Assembly: GCF_009834535.1 (NCBI RefSeq)
Contig: NC_045698.1
Location: 92,132,001-92,196,000, forward strand
Origin: Camelus ferus
Lineage: Eukaryota
Length of the DNA: 64,000 bases
Direction of reading: 5' to 3'
Under the pieces are notes generated by a model. That model made no database searches, was not told where the DNA came from, and saw only the letters and a program-made list of their open reading frames with translations. The translations under genes were made by a program, and so were the position numbers. This document shows, in pieces, positions 12,964 through 25,679 of this stretch; position 1 is the first letter of the stretch; each line of letters begins with the position of its first letter.

Positions 12964-14631
12964 TGTCCGGGAGAGTGGAATTCACCGGGGTTCTAGTACT
13001 GTCCTCTCTCCCTCCTCCCACGCGAAAGTCTTAGTCTCTGGTGGCAATACCGAACACCTGTGGAGAGCGCATTCTTGCCCTATGAAGGAATAACGGGGTG
13101 TGGAAGGGAGATGAACTGGGGCAGGAAGGAGAAGGAGGCAAAATGGAAGGACGGGCGGAGTAGGTGTGGCCCAATTCTGTGAGCTCTCTCTATCTGGTAG
13201 AGACAAGCACAGAAGCCTCATATTTCCCCATGGGGGAAAAAAACAGCAAAAAACCAAAATGCAGTTTAACCGGACAGTGGCAGACGCTGCTTCCCATGTC
13301 CATCCCGCTTTGGGAGTGCTTTGTCTGAAATACACAATTTCCACTGGCCTAATGGACGACATTAAATGTGTTTCTAAGAATATCACAATGGGAGAATGTA
13401 ATGCGGACTGTACAGGGCAAAAGGTAGAAATAAGTAGATTCCATCTAGACGTCAGCTGGCCCGGTCGGCCGAGAACCTTGGAGCGGAGGCCCCGCCCACC
13501 GCGTTCAAAGCAGAGAAGCAAAGCATAATGTTAGAACCCACAACTGCCTCAGCAGGAGCCTCATATGTTTTTTATAAAAAGACACAATGTGAGCATTGTT
13601 CTGTGTTCAATAGCGCGACTGTTATAACTAATGCTTTTGGTATGAATACGACCATTTAAAATTCCCAACCAGTTGCACTTAGTGACAATATGCGTCAGAA
13701 AGCAAGCCCAGAAGCAGAGATTTCTCACTTTGGGGTCAGTTGGCTTTAGATACACATACACATGCCTATTAATGTGCCCAGCTTCCAAAAATACACTGAA
13801 CATTTGCATGAACAATGTTCTTGTCCCTGCCCTTGCAGCTACAAATAGTAAGGCAGATTTTCACATGTATATTTGAGAACCTAACATTGATTCTGTGTCC
13901 ACAGGGCTGATACACAAATAGAGGGGAGTGTGTATCCTGTGTTTCATACCACTCTAGCCCTTAACTTTCCACTCCCAACCCCAGCCGACCCCCAAATCGG
14001 CATCTCTAGAACACAAGCAAAGCTGCCCCTGCAGGTCTGCAGCCTCCTTGCATAATAGGTCTCCAGGTCCCCCATGACTCAGCTTCTACCTTCCAACTGC
14101 CCTCCTCAACTCTGGTTGCTCCAGTGGGGTCTCCAAAGAAGAGATAAATTCAATTTTGATAACATAATTGGAAGAGGAAGAAAGTTCTTTCCGGGTCTTG
14201 GAATGAATGTTTTCATATGTCCAAGTTTACTCGACATTCATCAGGGGTTTTATGCAGCAAAGCGGCTGAACCCATTTGGGGAAATTCCATATCCCTTGAG
14301 TCTTGAAGGGAGGCAGTACCCGACTTCCACTACTGAGGATGGGGGCTTTGTCCCTGGCAAGGAGACCTGGACTGAGCCAATCAGGCCTAGGCTTTTGTAG
14401 TAATGATGCAGAACAATTAGAGATAACTGGTTAGCAGCATCCCCCCTGGTCCCTCCTGTTTTCAAGCCTGTTTCTCCTGTCTTCCTAGCCATCCCCAGAC
14501 CTGAGTGATGTCCACCAACAAATCTCTCTTCTACTCTAGTCAGGCAGGGTTGGTGTCTGTAGTTCTCAAACCAGATCCCTTCTCCAAGCCATGCTTCAGG
14601 TGATATGCACACTTCTCACATCAATTTTTTT

Positions 14632-14637
14632 TTTAAT
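14632..14637 (-). terminator. Probable SHROOM1 poly(A) signal (ATTAAA)
   Basis: TTTAAT on the plus strand, ~320 nt downstream of the stop. It is the only canonical-type hexamer I saw nearby. Confidence 0.4.
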
Positions 14638-14955
14638 TGAGGGGGGAAAATGGCCATTTTACATCATAAGTTGAAATTCTCCTCTAATTTGTCTCCTCTC
14701 CCTCCACCAACCCTGACCCAGCCTCTTTCTCATAACAAAAAGGGGAAATACTGCAGTATTTTAAATCCGTAAGTTAATTACCAAATAATCCACAATACTT
14801 GGGTAAGACCACATGGGAACACTTGTAAGACGCATCCTGGGAAGGCCAGACCTGGATCTTCCCCACTTCGAGAGAAAAGCACCGAATAAACCAGCACACC
14901 CTGAATCTCGTGGGTGAGAAGCAGGGGCAATGCTCCTCGTCCCCACAGCCTGTAA

Positions 14956-17900
14956 CTAGATGAGGAGAGGAGGGAAGGGCAGTTTATTCGGAGGACAGGT
15001 CCCTGGGGGCCAGGCCGGCCTGGGAGGCGGGGGATGACCGCCAAGGTCTCCCCTGACGGCGTCCAGCTGGTCCTGAAGAAGGCGGACCCGCTCATCTAGG
15101 CTGCGCTGCTGGGCCAGGACGGCGGCCTTGCCGGCCAGCAGGGCACAGTAGGCGCGCAGCTCCTCGGCGGGCAGTGCGCGCACCAGCACCTCCCGCAGGG
15201 CCCGCTCGCGCCGCGCCACGTGCTGCTTCAGCTCCTTGGCGTCTTCCTGCTGCCGCTGCAGGAGCCCGAGGCGCTGCAGCAGAGAGGCCTGGAGCCGCAG
15301 GGGGAGGGCACAGTGAGCGGGGCGAGGGTGCCGCCGCCCCCGGGATGGCTAAGACCGAACCGCACGCCCCGCCCCGCCCCGCTCCGCTCTCCCCAAGCCT
15401 GAAGCCATTACCTGCTCATCAGGGTCGCCGTCTGCGCCCGCCCGGGCCAGGGCGCGGCGCACGCGGGCCAGGCGACTGCCCAGCAGCAGCAGGAGGCCAA
15501 GCACTCGCTCTAGGTCGACCATGAACCGGCTGAAGCGCTCGAGCACGTGGGGTGCACAGGCCTGGCCCACCGCGGCCTCCAGAGCAGCCCCGCGCCTGGC
15601 CCAGGCTTGGGCCGCCTCCTGCAGTCGCTCCTGCTCCTCTTGAAGGTCCCGGAGCATCTTTTGGAGGAGGTCGGCCAGCTCCACCTGCCGGTAGGGCGTG
15701 GGTACTTAAGACTGGAGCCAGGCCCCTGACTTCTCAGCCCAGACTCTTGCCACACCCAGCCTCCTCCAACCCCTCCACACCCACTTTCTTGGCTTGGATG
15801 CTGTTATTTGGCTCAGGCAGACCCTGGCCACATGGCTGGTCTGGCACAGCGTGGGTGTTAAGGTTTCCAGGCTTTGTCTCCTCCTGAGAAGTTGGCAGGC
15901 CCTGGGTGGAGTTAAGTAGATAGGACCTGGGGACAAAACCAGAGCTCCTGGATTGTACTGCCCCAGATTGCAGGGGCTTAGAATCCCCTGATTCCCTGGT
16001 GCCCCTCACTCACCCTGGCTTAGAAGTACCAGAAGCCTCCTCTCCATCTTCTCCACAGGCTGGCCTCATTGCAGCCCAGACCTCAGCTAAAGGAATCAGC
16101 CCATCCAGCAGGCCCAGGGATGGCTCTGGGCTGGGATAGGAGGTTAGAGTGTCGCTCAGAGAGGGATCCAATCTAGCCAGCTCCTGAACCAGCTCCTCGA
16201 GGCGTGGACCGGGCCATGTTGGCCTGGAATAAGGCTGGCCAGTGGCCCAAGCCAGGGCAGTGTGGTCAGGAGGCCCTGGGGTGTCATTGCCTGAAGGTCC
16301 CAGGGTATCAACTGGGAGAGGTTTGAAGGGGTCAGTCTCTGCAGCTGTTGGGGAGTCAGTGGTCAGCAGTTCAGTAGGGTCAATGGTTGGGATGTCACCA
16401 TTTGCAGTGTTAGGGGGGCTACAGCATGTAGGCCTGGAGACACCCACAGAACCATTTACCCCCTGCCAGCAGTCATCTGTCCCTGCAGTCTCTGGGCACT
16501 CATGGAGGGGCTGCTGTGGAGGGATTATAGTCTGGTCAGCCCGTTGGCCCAAGCCAGCCCCGTACTTCTGGTTAGAGGCATGGACACTGGAAGCGAAAGA
16601 GACACTGAATCAGAAAAAGCTCTGGCCAAAGATAACTGGCCAAGGGCCACCTGTCCCCACCCTTACCCCCTGGCTCCCAGGCTCCAGCTAGGAGAGTTCT
16701 CTGCTCCTCCAGCATTTTGTAGATATGTGTAGAAAGGGAGTGTCTCACTCTGCTTGAAAGTCTGAGGAAATTCACCTCGTTGGGAGCCCTGGGGGACCAT
16801 GGGAGTCTGGAGGTGACCTCATTCTGACCATTGGGGCTTCTTCCAGGAAAACTTCATCATCAGGAAGGGATGGGAGCCGGGCAGACACAATGTAGATCCC
16901 TGAGGCCCTCTGCTCACAGTCAGAGGGACTGCTCTGGAGTCCCTCTGCAGGACACACCACTGCAGCTTCCTTCAGAGTCGGGAACCTGGAGGCAGGGACC
17001 CCACACTGACCACAGTGACCAGGAAGGAAGATCCTGGTTCTGCAGCAGGGAGAGAGTAAGGTGTAGGGGTGGGGGAATTAGGGGATGTGATTTGGAAAAG
17101 ACAGAAGGCTCAAACTGAGGGTAGGTGCAAGGCCCTCTTCTTTCTTGAACAAGAGCTATGAAAGCTGCCTTCCCCCAACTTTCAGTCCCCAAAGTGGTTC
17201 ATATCTCTCACCTGGGAAGTCTGGTCTGAAACGATGGTCTAGGGGTTTCTGCTCCTTGGGGAACAGCCTGGAAAGGCAAGCAGTTGGATGAAATGTTGCT
17301 TAAGTTTTCAGTCTTACAGATGCCCCCACCCCAGGCTTGCAGCCCCTATACCTGGGCAGTGGACTTGACCCCTCCTGGACTTCCCCAGGGAGTCAAGACT
17401 TCGCCAGAAGCGCTACGACCCCGCCTGGCCAACCTGTAGGCGTTGTCGAACTTCAAGGACCAGGGTTTCAGGTCCTTTATGCCTCGGGGCTGGGTCACAG
17501 GCAGCCATCTGATCTGGTGACCTTCAAACTCTGCCAGCGTCCGCTGCTGCCATTCCTGGAGCTCGGGCCTGGCGAGGCCAGAGCTGGAGCAGACCTCTCC
17601 GGAGCATTGCTCCGCCAACCCACCTCCCCGACCCACGCGATCCAGCTTCCCTGGCTCGGAGAAGCACCACTTCCGCTGCTGACTGGCTAAACGTCCCTGG
17701 CCCACGGTTCCCGGCACGGAAGCCCCGGGGCGCGCCGGCTCCACTTCCCCGCCCGGGTGGCTGAGCGAGGCGGAGCGCGTTTGCGCGGCGGGGGGCCGGA
17801 CGGGGGCCGCGGGCCGCAGGCGGGCGGGTAGGCTCATGCGTAGCTCCTTGCGCTGGAAGGATGTCTCCCGGAGCACTCGCCGCTGCGCGCCCTGCAGCCG

Positions 17901-18302
17901 CTGGCGGTAGGCCGCCCGCGAGGCCGGTGGACTGGGCGGCTCGGCAGCCCGCGCCGCGGCCTCCGCCTCGGCCGCCAGTGCGTACAGCAGCGGGGTGGCC
18001 TGCCGGCTGAGCGGCCCCGGGGTCCCCTGGACCTCGGGGGGACGCGGCCCACTGCGTGCGGCGGTCGCGGGCGGGGGCTGCGGGGAGGTGCGAGGGCCGC
18101 CCCACACCACGCGCACGTAGTCCCAGTCCAGGTAAGGAAGCTGGTGGGACCCCGGCGACGGCGTGCGAGGCTCGGCACCGCCGGAGGCAGCGGAGAAAGA
18201 GCTGTAGGCCGAGTCGGCGCGCGCGGACAGCCGCCGTAAGTCCAGGCTGCGAGTGGACGAGGCTGGGGAGGCGCGGTCACCTCCGGGACCCAGGGCCTCC
18301 AT
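14956..18302 (-). CDS. SHROOM1: Shroom family member 1, join(complement 17352-18302, 17212-17267, 16776-16985, 16014-16586, 15785-15926, 15412-15684, 14956-15288), 845 aa
   Basis: N-terminus MEALGPGGDRASPASSTRSLDLRRLSARADSAYSSFS; ASD1 segment RLQGAQRRVLRETSFQRKELRMSLPARL; C-terminal ASD2 coiled coil (LERVLGLLLLLGSRLARV...LDERVRLLQDQLDAV). All six introns are GT-AG with matching phases; total 2538 nt. Confidence 0.94.
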
Positions 18303-21300
18303 GGCTGCACGGACGAGAGCGGAGGGCCGGACGGGGGCCGCGGGCCGCAGGCGGGCGGGTAGGCTAACTGGCTAACTCCGAGGGGCCTGGAAGAGCATAG
18401 ACGGCATGGTGGGTGAGGAGCTCCGGGTAAGGGTGCTGGCCTCTCCGACACGGACAGCCACGTGCTTACACATCCCCTCCCTAGTTACAGGATCCTTAGC
18501 GCGGACATTGCCCCCTCCCCCAGTAAGGGATAGTAGTAGTGGGACCAGGCGAGCAACTCTGGAGGTTGAGGGCCTTTGCTCAGGGGAAGGAATGGCGACT
18601 AGCCCACTCCCTGCTGGGGCTCTCCTGGATGGCAACCCTGGCCTCTACCCTGGCACCTCCTGGAGCACTGAGAATGTACCCTTACTCTCCGCCCCCTCCC
18701 CCCAACACTGTCCCACCCAGTTTGCTTCCTGGCTGCTTTGTTAGCTTCTCCATGTGATCTTTCCCTGATAAACAATGGTCAAGAACATTCTGAGATCACA
18801 GGGGAGCCAAGGAAGGAGGTGGGACAACCCAGGTCAGGTGGCAGGGGCAGCTTCACCGCCTTTCTCCCGCCGTCTGGGCCAGTTATGTTCCGGGTGCTTT
18901 ATATACATATTTATCTTGAACCCCACAATTGCCCATCTGCATTTTGCAAACGAGGACACTGAGATTCTGAGGGGGAAATGATTTGCCCACAGGCACGCAA
19001 CTGGTCAGAGGCAGAGCCATGCCTGGAATTTGGGCCTGCCTCCAACTCCACTGCAGCCAGAATCAATTTCCTAGAAGCAAACCCTGCTGAAAGCCAGTTT
19101 ACCCCTGCCCCTCAGATGACGGAAGCCTCCAACAAAGCCCAGACTACACTGTGGGAAATAGTCCCTTCCACCCCCTCAAAATACTGGCACAATCTAGGAT
19201 AATATGGTCCCTGCTTGGGAGACCCTGCCTTTTGTCTAAGAATGACAGGCTCACACCCTCTTTGTCCTGCCACTCAGTTCCTCCCACAAGGCTCAACTTA
19301 GCAGTCTCCTGATTCTTGGGAATCTCGACAGTGTCCTGAGCTTCCCTCATCACAGCACTCATTACTCTGCATTGACTGCTGGCTTGCTTGTGATTCCCTC
19401 TCCCCACTCCTACCCCTGAACTTCCTGAGGACAGGCCCTGCACTTCTTCAGTCTGTATCCTCAGTGCCCGGCATGTACTCAGTGTCAAGTATTTGTTGAA
19501 TGACCAGGAAAGAAGCAGCCTTGCAGGAAGTAGACAGTGGGTGGCTTTGGTGGGGAAGGAAGTGGGCTTCTTTGCTTTTGCCCACTCTTAATCTTTTCTA
19601 GGGAAGGGGACAGAATGGGTGAGGCATTTGTCACCATGCACACTGACCAGGTTACTTGGGTTATTAGGAACCAAAAGAGCAGGTGACCACAGCTTGGAGC
19701 AGGAATGGCCAGAAATCAATACTTCCCCAGTGCCAGGAGGGGAAGGGAGGGGAGGAGCTGGGTGGGTGTGTCTGGGTCAGGGGTGAAAGCAGCTTTGAAT
19801 CTTGGGAGCTGGGGGCTCCCTATGGGCTAAGGAAATTTTGGATGGGGGTTGACTTGCTTTCCTTGAGTTTCTTGGTGAGGAGTGTAGAGGAGGGTGACCC
19901 ACTACTGGGGTGGGAACTGAAAAACAGGCTCATTTGAGCCTCCTAGACACTTTTTGGAGCTCAGGATCACCCTCTACCCTCTTCCCTAAGACCCCAGATG
20001 CTACAGATTGCTGGTTAGGGCAGGTAGGGAGGTTAGTGATGGGAGGGTATGGTGTTCTCTAAAAGGGAGAGGCAGTACCTGCAGCATTCCCAGGAGGGGC
20101 TTTCAGCTGACCTGGAACCAGAACAACTTGACATCACCCACCTGGAGGCATCTTTGTGCCCACTAAGGCCAGCCCTGCAGGTTGGTCCTCACACTCGGGC
20201 TTGGGGACCACTTTGCAAAATGTTTCTACTCTCTGGACTTTTGGAAGACAAGAAGCTACTCTAAGCAGCAGCCCCTGGGAGGACAGTCACCTAGTTAACC
20301 CTCCCTAGCCACCCAGACACTCTTTCCCTATCCTTCTGAGCCCAGCGTGGGAGCACTGTTTACCCTGGCTCATGCCACCTATGCCTGCCCATGTTGATTT
20401 GTTGCATCTACAGGCATGGGTAACTTCAAATACAAAGATGTTCCCTCAAAAAAGGCCTTGAAAATTCTGTCTTATCTGTGAGTGACAAAGGATTCTGAGT
20501 TCACCAAATAAAAACACCTCAAATGGATAACAAAAATATGTGTACATTTTCTTATTGACTTTAACTTATCTCAAGGATGCATTTTTAGTGGTGACCCAAG
20601 CAGGCTTATACACATGCAGGATGCCCACACTGTGCCCTTTGCAGAATGTGTTATGCCAAGAGGGTCTAGCTCCTGAGTGTGTTTTGGGGCCTCAGCCCAA
20701 GGAGCAAAGAGTTTCCACACTTGTCTGACTGCAGGGAGCCTCTTGCAGTCCAGCCCTAGTGGCTGGAGAGGCCACCCCCTGGGAGCCCTAGCATCAGTGT
20801 TAGTGTCAGCTGTGGGCTGAGCTGCAGAGTCAGTGCCTGTATTGGAGATAAGTCCAGAGGCTGGAGCTCATAGAGCTTTTGAGCCATTTGGCAAGCCCCA
20901 CCAGAGCAGGGGGAGCAGCATGGAATCCCTGCTGGAAAATCACCAGATTGGAGTCTTATGGGGATGGAGGCATTCGTGATAACCTCATCACGTGAATGAA
21001 AGAGCAACAGAGGAAAAGGAGACAAGGATGACTTCAGTGTTGAGAGCTAGGGGCCTGGGAGGTGGAGGTGCTGGTCTAAGGAATGAGGAAGTGCAGATGG
21101 GGACAAGGGGACCAGTGCTCATGGGCTTTGCAGTGTTTGTGGCAAGTCTGGCAAACAGGAAGTTGAGATGTGGGTCTGAACCTTAGCAGAGAGGTTGGAC
21201 CAGGCAAGTAGGCAGACCCAGGTTTTTAGTTAGAGGTTGTTGGGGAAATCAAGGAAGAGAGCTAGGTAAAATCACACAAAGGCAACAGAAGCAGATCCAG

Positions 21301-21416
21301 GTAAGGTGACAAGAAGGACAGACAACCTCAAATGCTCAATAATGATCAGGAAAACCTCCATAGAGAGGTTTTCCAGGCCACCCCTCCCAATGGGCTTCCC
21401 TCAGGACTAGGCTTAC

Positions 21417-22450
21417 TGTGGGGGCGCTGCCTGAATGGCAGTCTCCCTGCCAGACTCAGTTTCCGAGGCCTGGGCCATGTCTTGAATCCCAGCGCCCACG
21501 ACCAGGTCTAGCAGGGCAGGCACTTTGGGAAGTTCAGTGGCTCTCCCAGTCCTCTGCGGCCCTCCCTTCTCCCTGCCTGTCAGCACCACAGAGCACCTCG
21601 CGAAGCATCTGCTCTTTTCTGCTCGCTCCAGCCCGTAGAGCCTCCAGGGCCTGCAGCTCTGTGCCCTGCGTAGGAAATGCGGGATGGTGGTGGCACCTGG
21701 GGAGAGGAGGCCGGGTCGAGGTCGGACCACATACCTGGGGCTTCAAACTCTGAAAATCCAGGCGCGCCAGAGATGAGAAAGGCGCAGTCCTGGAGGCCAC
21801 AGGGGGCGACAAAATCACGAGGTGCGGCAGGAGAGCGGGGCCTTGGGGACGCAGGGAGAGCGGATGGCCGCTGGCCGGCGCATTTCTTGGCCTTTCCTGT
21901 TGGGTTTTCCATCGGGAAGGAGGACTCAGAACGCGAGCAGAGGACCGAGCGATCTAGGGCAGGGGGCGGGGGGCGGATTCCGTGGCCAAAGGGCGGGAGC
22001 CGGGGGTTGCGGGGTGAGACCCCACTTCGCGCTCGGGCCTCCCGGCGCACTCCCCAGCAGCCCTCGTAGCCGCCGGCTCTGCCCCCCGCCCCACCCCGCG
22101 AACCCTCTGAGGAGAAAACAGGCGCGCAGGGACCCGACCTGACTCGCGCAGACCAGACACGGCGCGGAGCCCAGCACCTCCAGACGCAAAGACCGGCGGG
22201 CTGCTCCGCGGTGCCCCAGCCACTCCCACCCGTCCTCCCCTGCTGCCCCACGGGAAGACCGATCCCGCCACCCCCCCCCCTAAACGCCCCCAACCCAGCC
22301 CCCCGCCGCCTGGCCCCCGGCCTCGTCGCGTACCTGAGCTCCAGCCCGAGACGCGCTCTTGGGCGCCCGCGGCCGCGCAGTGACATCAGAGCCCCGGGCT
22401 CGGGCTCCCGACCCCACCTCCAGACTCCGGCCGCCGCGGGGGAGGCGCCA
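21417..22450 (-). other. SHROOM1: Predicted non-coding SHROOM1 5'UTR exons: exon1 ending 22334, exon2 21735-21953, exon3 21417-21665; first coding exon acceptor at 18386
   Basis: Minus-strand donors CAG|GTACGC (22334), CAG|GTATGT (21735), ACA|GTAAGC (21417). Acceptors ccctag| (21953), tacgcag| (21665), ctcttccag| (18386). As I recall, human SHROOM1 also has its ATG in exon 4. No transcript data available. Confidence 0.5.
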
Positions 22451-22760
22451 CGTCCTGCCCGGGGGGCGGGAGCGCGAAGCTGCGGCGCTGTCCCGGGAGC
22501 CACCTGCCGCTTGGTAGTGTCCGCTGGCCGGCCTAGACTCGGGTCCAGGGGCTGGACGCTCCTTACCCCACCCGGCACAGGCCTCTTGCTACGGTCGGAG
22601 AAGCGGGAAAGTAGGGGACGGGTGACCGCGGCGCTTTCCCGCCCGCCTCTAGCGCGGGCCGGCCGGGCGCGTTCTCATCGCTGCTGGTGCGCGGGCTCGA
22701 GTGCCTGGGGGTCCCAACAGCCTCCTCGGTGGGAAAGTCCAGGCGGGGTCCCAAGGGCTT
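21690..22760 (-). promoter_or_regulatory. CpG-island promoter of SHROOM1
   Basis: Very GC- and CpG-rich block with GC boxes, containing the predicted first exons. Confidence 0.75.
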
Positions 22761-24019
22761 CTGACGGCCACCCCGTTACATTCAAGCTTGGCCAAGTAAA
22801 CAGACCCGCCTCTGTCGGTGGTTCATGCCTCTGTCCCTCCCCTTCTGAGTGCAGCTCGATGCTAAAGTATTCCTTGACCAATTCTCCCTCCAGACCCTCC
22901 ATTTCCAAAACTCTTCCAGCTTTTTGATTCCCACTACAGGCTCTTTTCTCCCATTTCTGCCCCTTTTCTTTTCATTTCTCCCACTACCCCTCAAAGTGTG
23001 GGCCCTTCTGGCCAGCCGCCCGAAAGAGGAGGGCAGGGAAGGAGGGGAGAACTGCTGACTTGTGTCTTCACCTCAGCTCAGTGGGTCCTTTAGGTTCTGG
23101 ACTATACTATACTCTAGCTGTGGAGTCTGGCTCTCAAGGTTTTCACCTTTGGGGATCGCCAGGCTCTAAAAAATTATCTAAATTCATCTATCACGGTGCA
23201 TTCCTCCCTGCTATGTCCTCAGCCTTCCTTGCCCCCCACTTTCCAAACTTCTATTCTATGAATACTGGCTCTGCCAAGAATTGTTCCATCCCTGGAAGGG
23301 GCTGAGGGCCCTTTGCTGAACCCCTTCAGTGCTCAGGTCTCTCTGCTTTTGGTGTGGCTGCTCTCACTCTCCCACAGAATCAGCATGCCTGGGGGTAGGG
23401 ACTGTATCCCCCATTTTGGCATCCTTGGCTGACCAGATTCATTGGTGGTAATAACCAGGACTTAGAACTCAGACTGGGGGTCAAGGGGGGCACTGAGAGC
23501 CTGAGGAACTCTGTCTGCTGGGATCTTCTGGGGAGGGGAGGTGCAGCAGGTACCTGAGCCTGGCTTCTGATTGATCTACTTCAAACACCATCCCAACCCA
23601 GCCATCGGCTTCACATGGAGCTGCAGCTCTGGACTCTTAAGACAATGGCTCAGAACTTCTTAGCTTTGAACACCTGCCCTTTTAAGACCCTAATCCACAT
23701 GGTTGGCCTCAGAGCAGTATCACAATAGAGGGAACACAACCCAGCAACCAAAAGCCAATTCAAATTGCTCAATATTTTAACTCATATTTTGAAAATGTGT
23801 ATTTCTTGAAAACCATGAAGTGGACACCATGTCCACAGTAATTCTTGTTAAACCCCTCCTCCCTCCACACCCTCCTCTTGCACATGCTACAGAAACTCTC
23901 TAACTCTCTGAAAACTGAAATCCCATCCACCCACTTGTCTGCCTGATTCTTCTCTTCTGAGAAAGAGAAAAGCAGCCACTGACATCTGGAAGTTGGCCTG
24001 AGACTATCAGCTAATCCTT

Positions 24020-24555
24020 GGTGTTGCAGGAACTGACCTGACATTCACAGTCAAGGCCTTGGAGTTCTCCTGTTGCACAGAAACAATTTCACAGGACATC
24101 AGCATCAGAAAAGGCCATCTATAACCATGATGGATCAAGACAAAAACAAGATCACATTATCATCATGTTGGAACACAGGGAAACCATGATCATTGTCCAA
24201 GTCACAAAAGTGACCAAACATCTTTCTGTCATGGCTAAATGGGTGAGTGTTGTTTCCCTACCAGTTTCAGCCTTAGCTTTGCTCTAGTCGTTCCTCTTTC
24301 TAGATATAATTTATTAAGATACCCAGTCATAGAATCAATGTTGCTTCCTGACAGCATCAAACACTGAGAGAAGTCCTGCTTCTTTAACTCTCTCCAAAAT
24401 CACTAACACTAGCCCGAATCTTGTAAGTCCTTCCTCATGCCCTCTTACCAAGATGCTCCATGGTTTTCCATCCCATTTGTTCCCCTCACTGCAACAATTA
24501 TGCACCAGTTTGCTCAACTGCAGGTGTATTCCTGGTGGTCTTTGACTGGAGGGCA
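24020..24555. mobile_element. Probable old ERV-type solo LTR (family not assigned)
   Basis: Begins TGTTGCAGGAA, ends ...GAGGGCA, and has LTR-like composition. Recognition is by impression only. Confidence 0.35.
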
Positions 24556-25520
24556 TCTCTTGATTACAAAAGCCCAAAGAATCCTGAAGGGGAGGAAGAG
24601 GAAGAAACTGCTGCAAAGGTGGAATCTCTTTAAGTGGCAGCGGTTGGGGAGCAGGGGCCCTGGTGAAGATGGAGACATGCACCTATTAATCATGTTCTTT
24701 TGCTACATCAAAAGACATACCTGTGTCCCTCAGTATCGCAGGACTTTCCCAGGCCTCAGACAGCTCTTTTAAAGAGCCCCCTAGGTGACTGGGCTTAGCC
24801 AGGGTTAGAGCCACAGGCCTGGCTATTCCCAGCCAGGCTCTGTCTCAAGAGCTGTAGGTGGGAAGGTGGTGGGCCTCCAATCAGTGCAGTTTGGAGCTTG
24901 TAATCTGAGCTGACAAAACCACACCAAAGCAACTGCCCACCTCACAAATCTCTGTGGTTTTCTCACTTTGGTTCCCACCCTCTCCCTGTTGGATTTGGGT
25001 GATGGGAGATGACAGTGGTTTGGATACTGAAGACCACGTATTTGCTGCCAGGTGCTGGGCTAAGTACTCTACTGTTTTTATTTTTTAACCCTGTTATTCC
25101 TGAGAGGTAGGTATCATTATAACCTCATTTTACAAGTGAGAACACTGAGGCTTAAAGAGATTAAATATCTTGTTCAAGTAGAGGCAAAATTTAACCCTCT
25201 GATGGCTGTTTCCAAAGGCCATTTTCACATGACAATGGAAAGAACTGCAAGATGTGGGTGTCCACACAGCCTTCCTGGGAGGGCAGGATTTGGACTTCAC
25301 ATTGAGCCAGACTAGAAAGTGCACGGGGAAGACGAGAAGTGAGCAGGATCAAGACCCCAGTCAGGATTTCCTTCTCTCTGTGTGCCCTCAGTAGTCCAAC
25401 ATGTACCTGGGCTAAGTTTCATACATTGTTTCCAGGGGGTTATCGGAAAGGGCTTGTAAGAGCATTTTTTCCATAGGTACATTTTCAAGATGCATTGCAT
25501 CTGGATCTGGCAGGGGGGTG

Positions 25521-25626
25521 GTAATTAGGTTTATTTATTTATTTATTTTAATGGAGTTACTGGGGATTGAACTCAGGACCTCCTGCATGCTAAGCACACA
25601 CTCTACTACTGAGCTATACCCTCCCC
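25521..25626 (-). mobile_element. tRNA-derived SINE (Vic-1-like)
   Basis: Reverse complement of the same consensus, with a (TTTA)n tail. Confidence 0.85.
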
Positions 25627-25679
25627 CAACACCTGAATTTTTTATTTGAAGTTTTATCTTGGAGCTCATTCACTATTAG

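Noticed and set aside
21795-21810. CTCF-like GGCCACAGGGGGCGAC
   Set aside because: The left half is one base short of the CCASYAG core, too weak to call.
21580-22927. 332-aa (-) and 238-aa (+) ORFs in the SHROOM1 promoter island
   Set aside because: They start at non-ATG codons, have CpG-island composition, and cross predicted splice sites.
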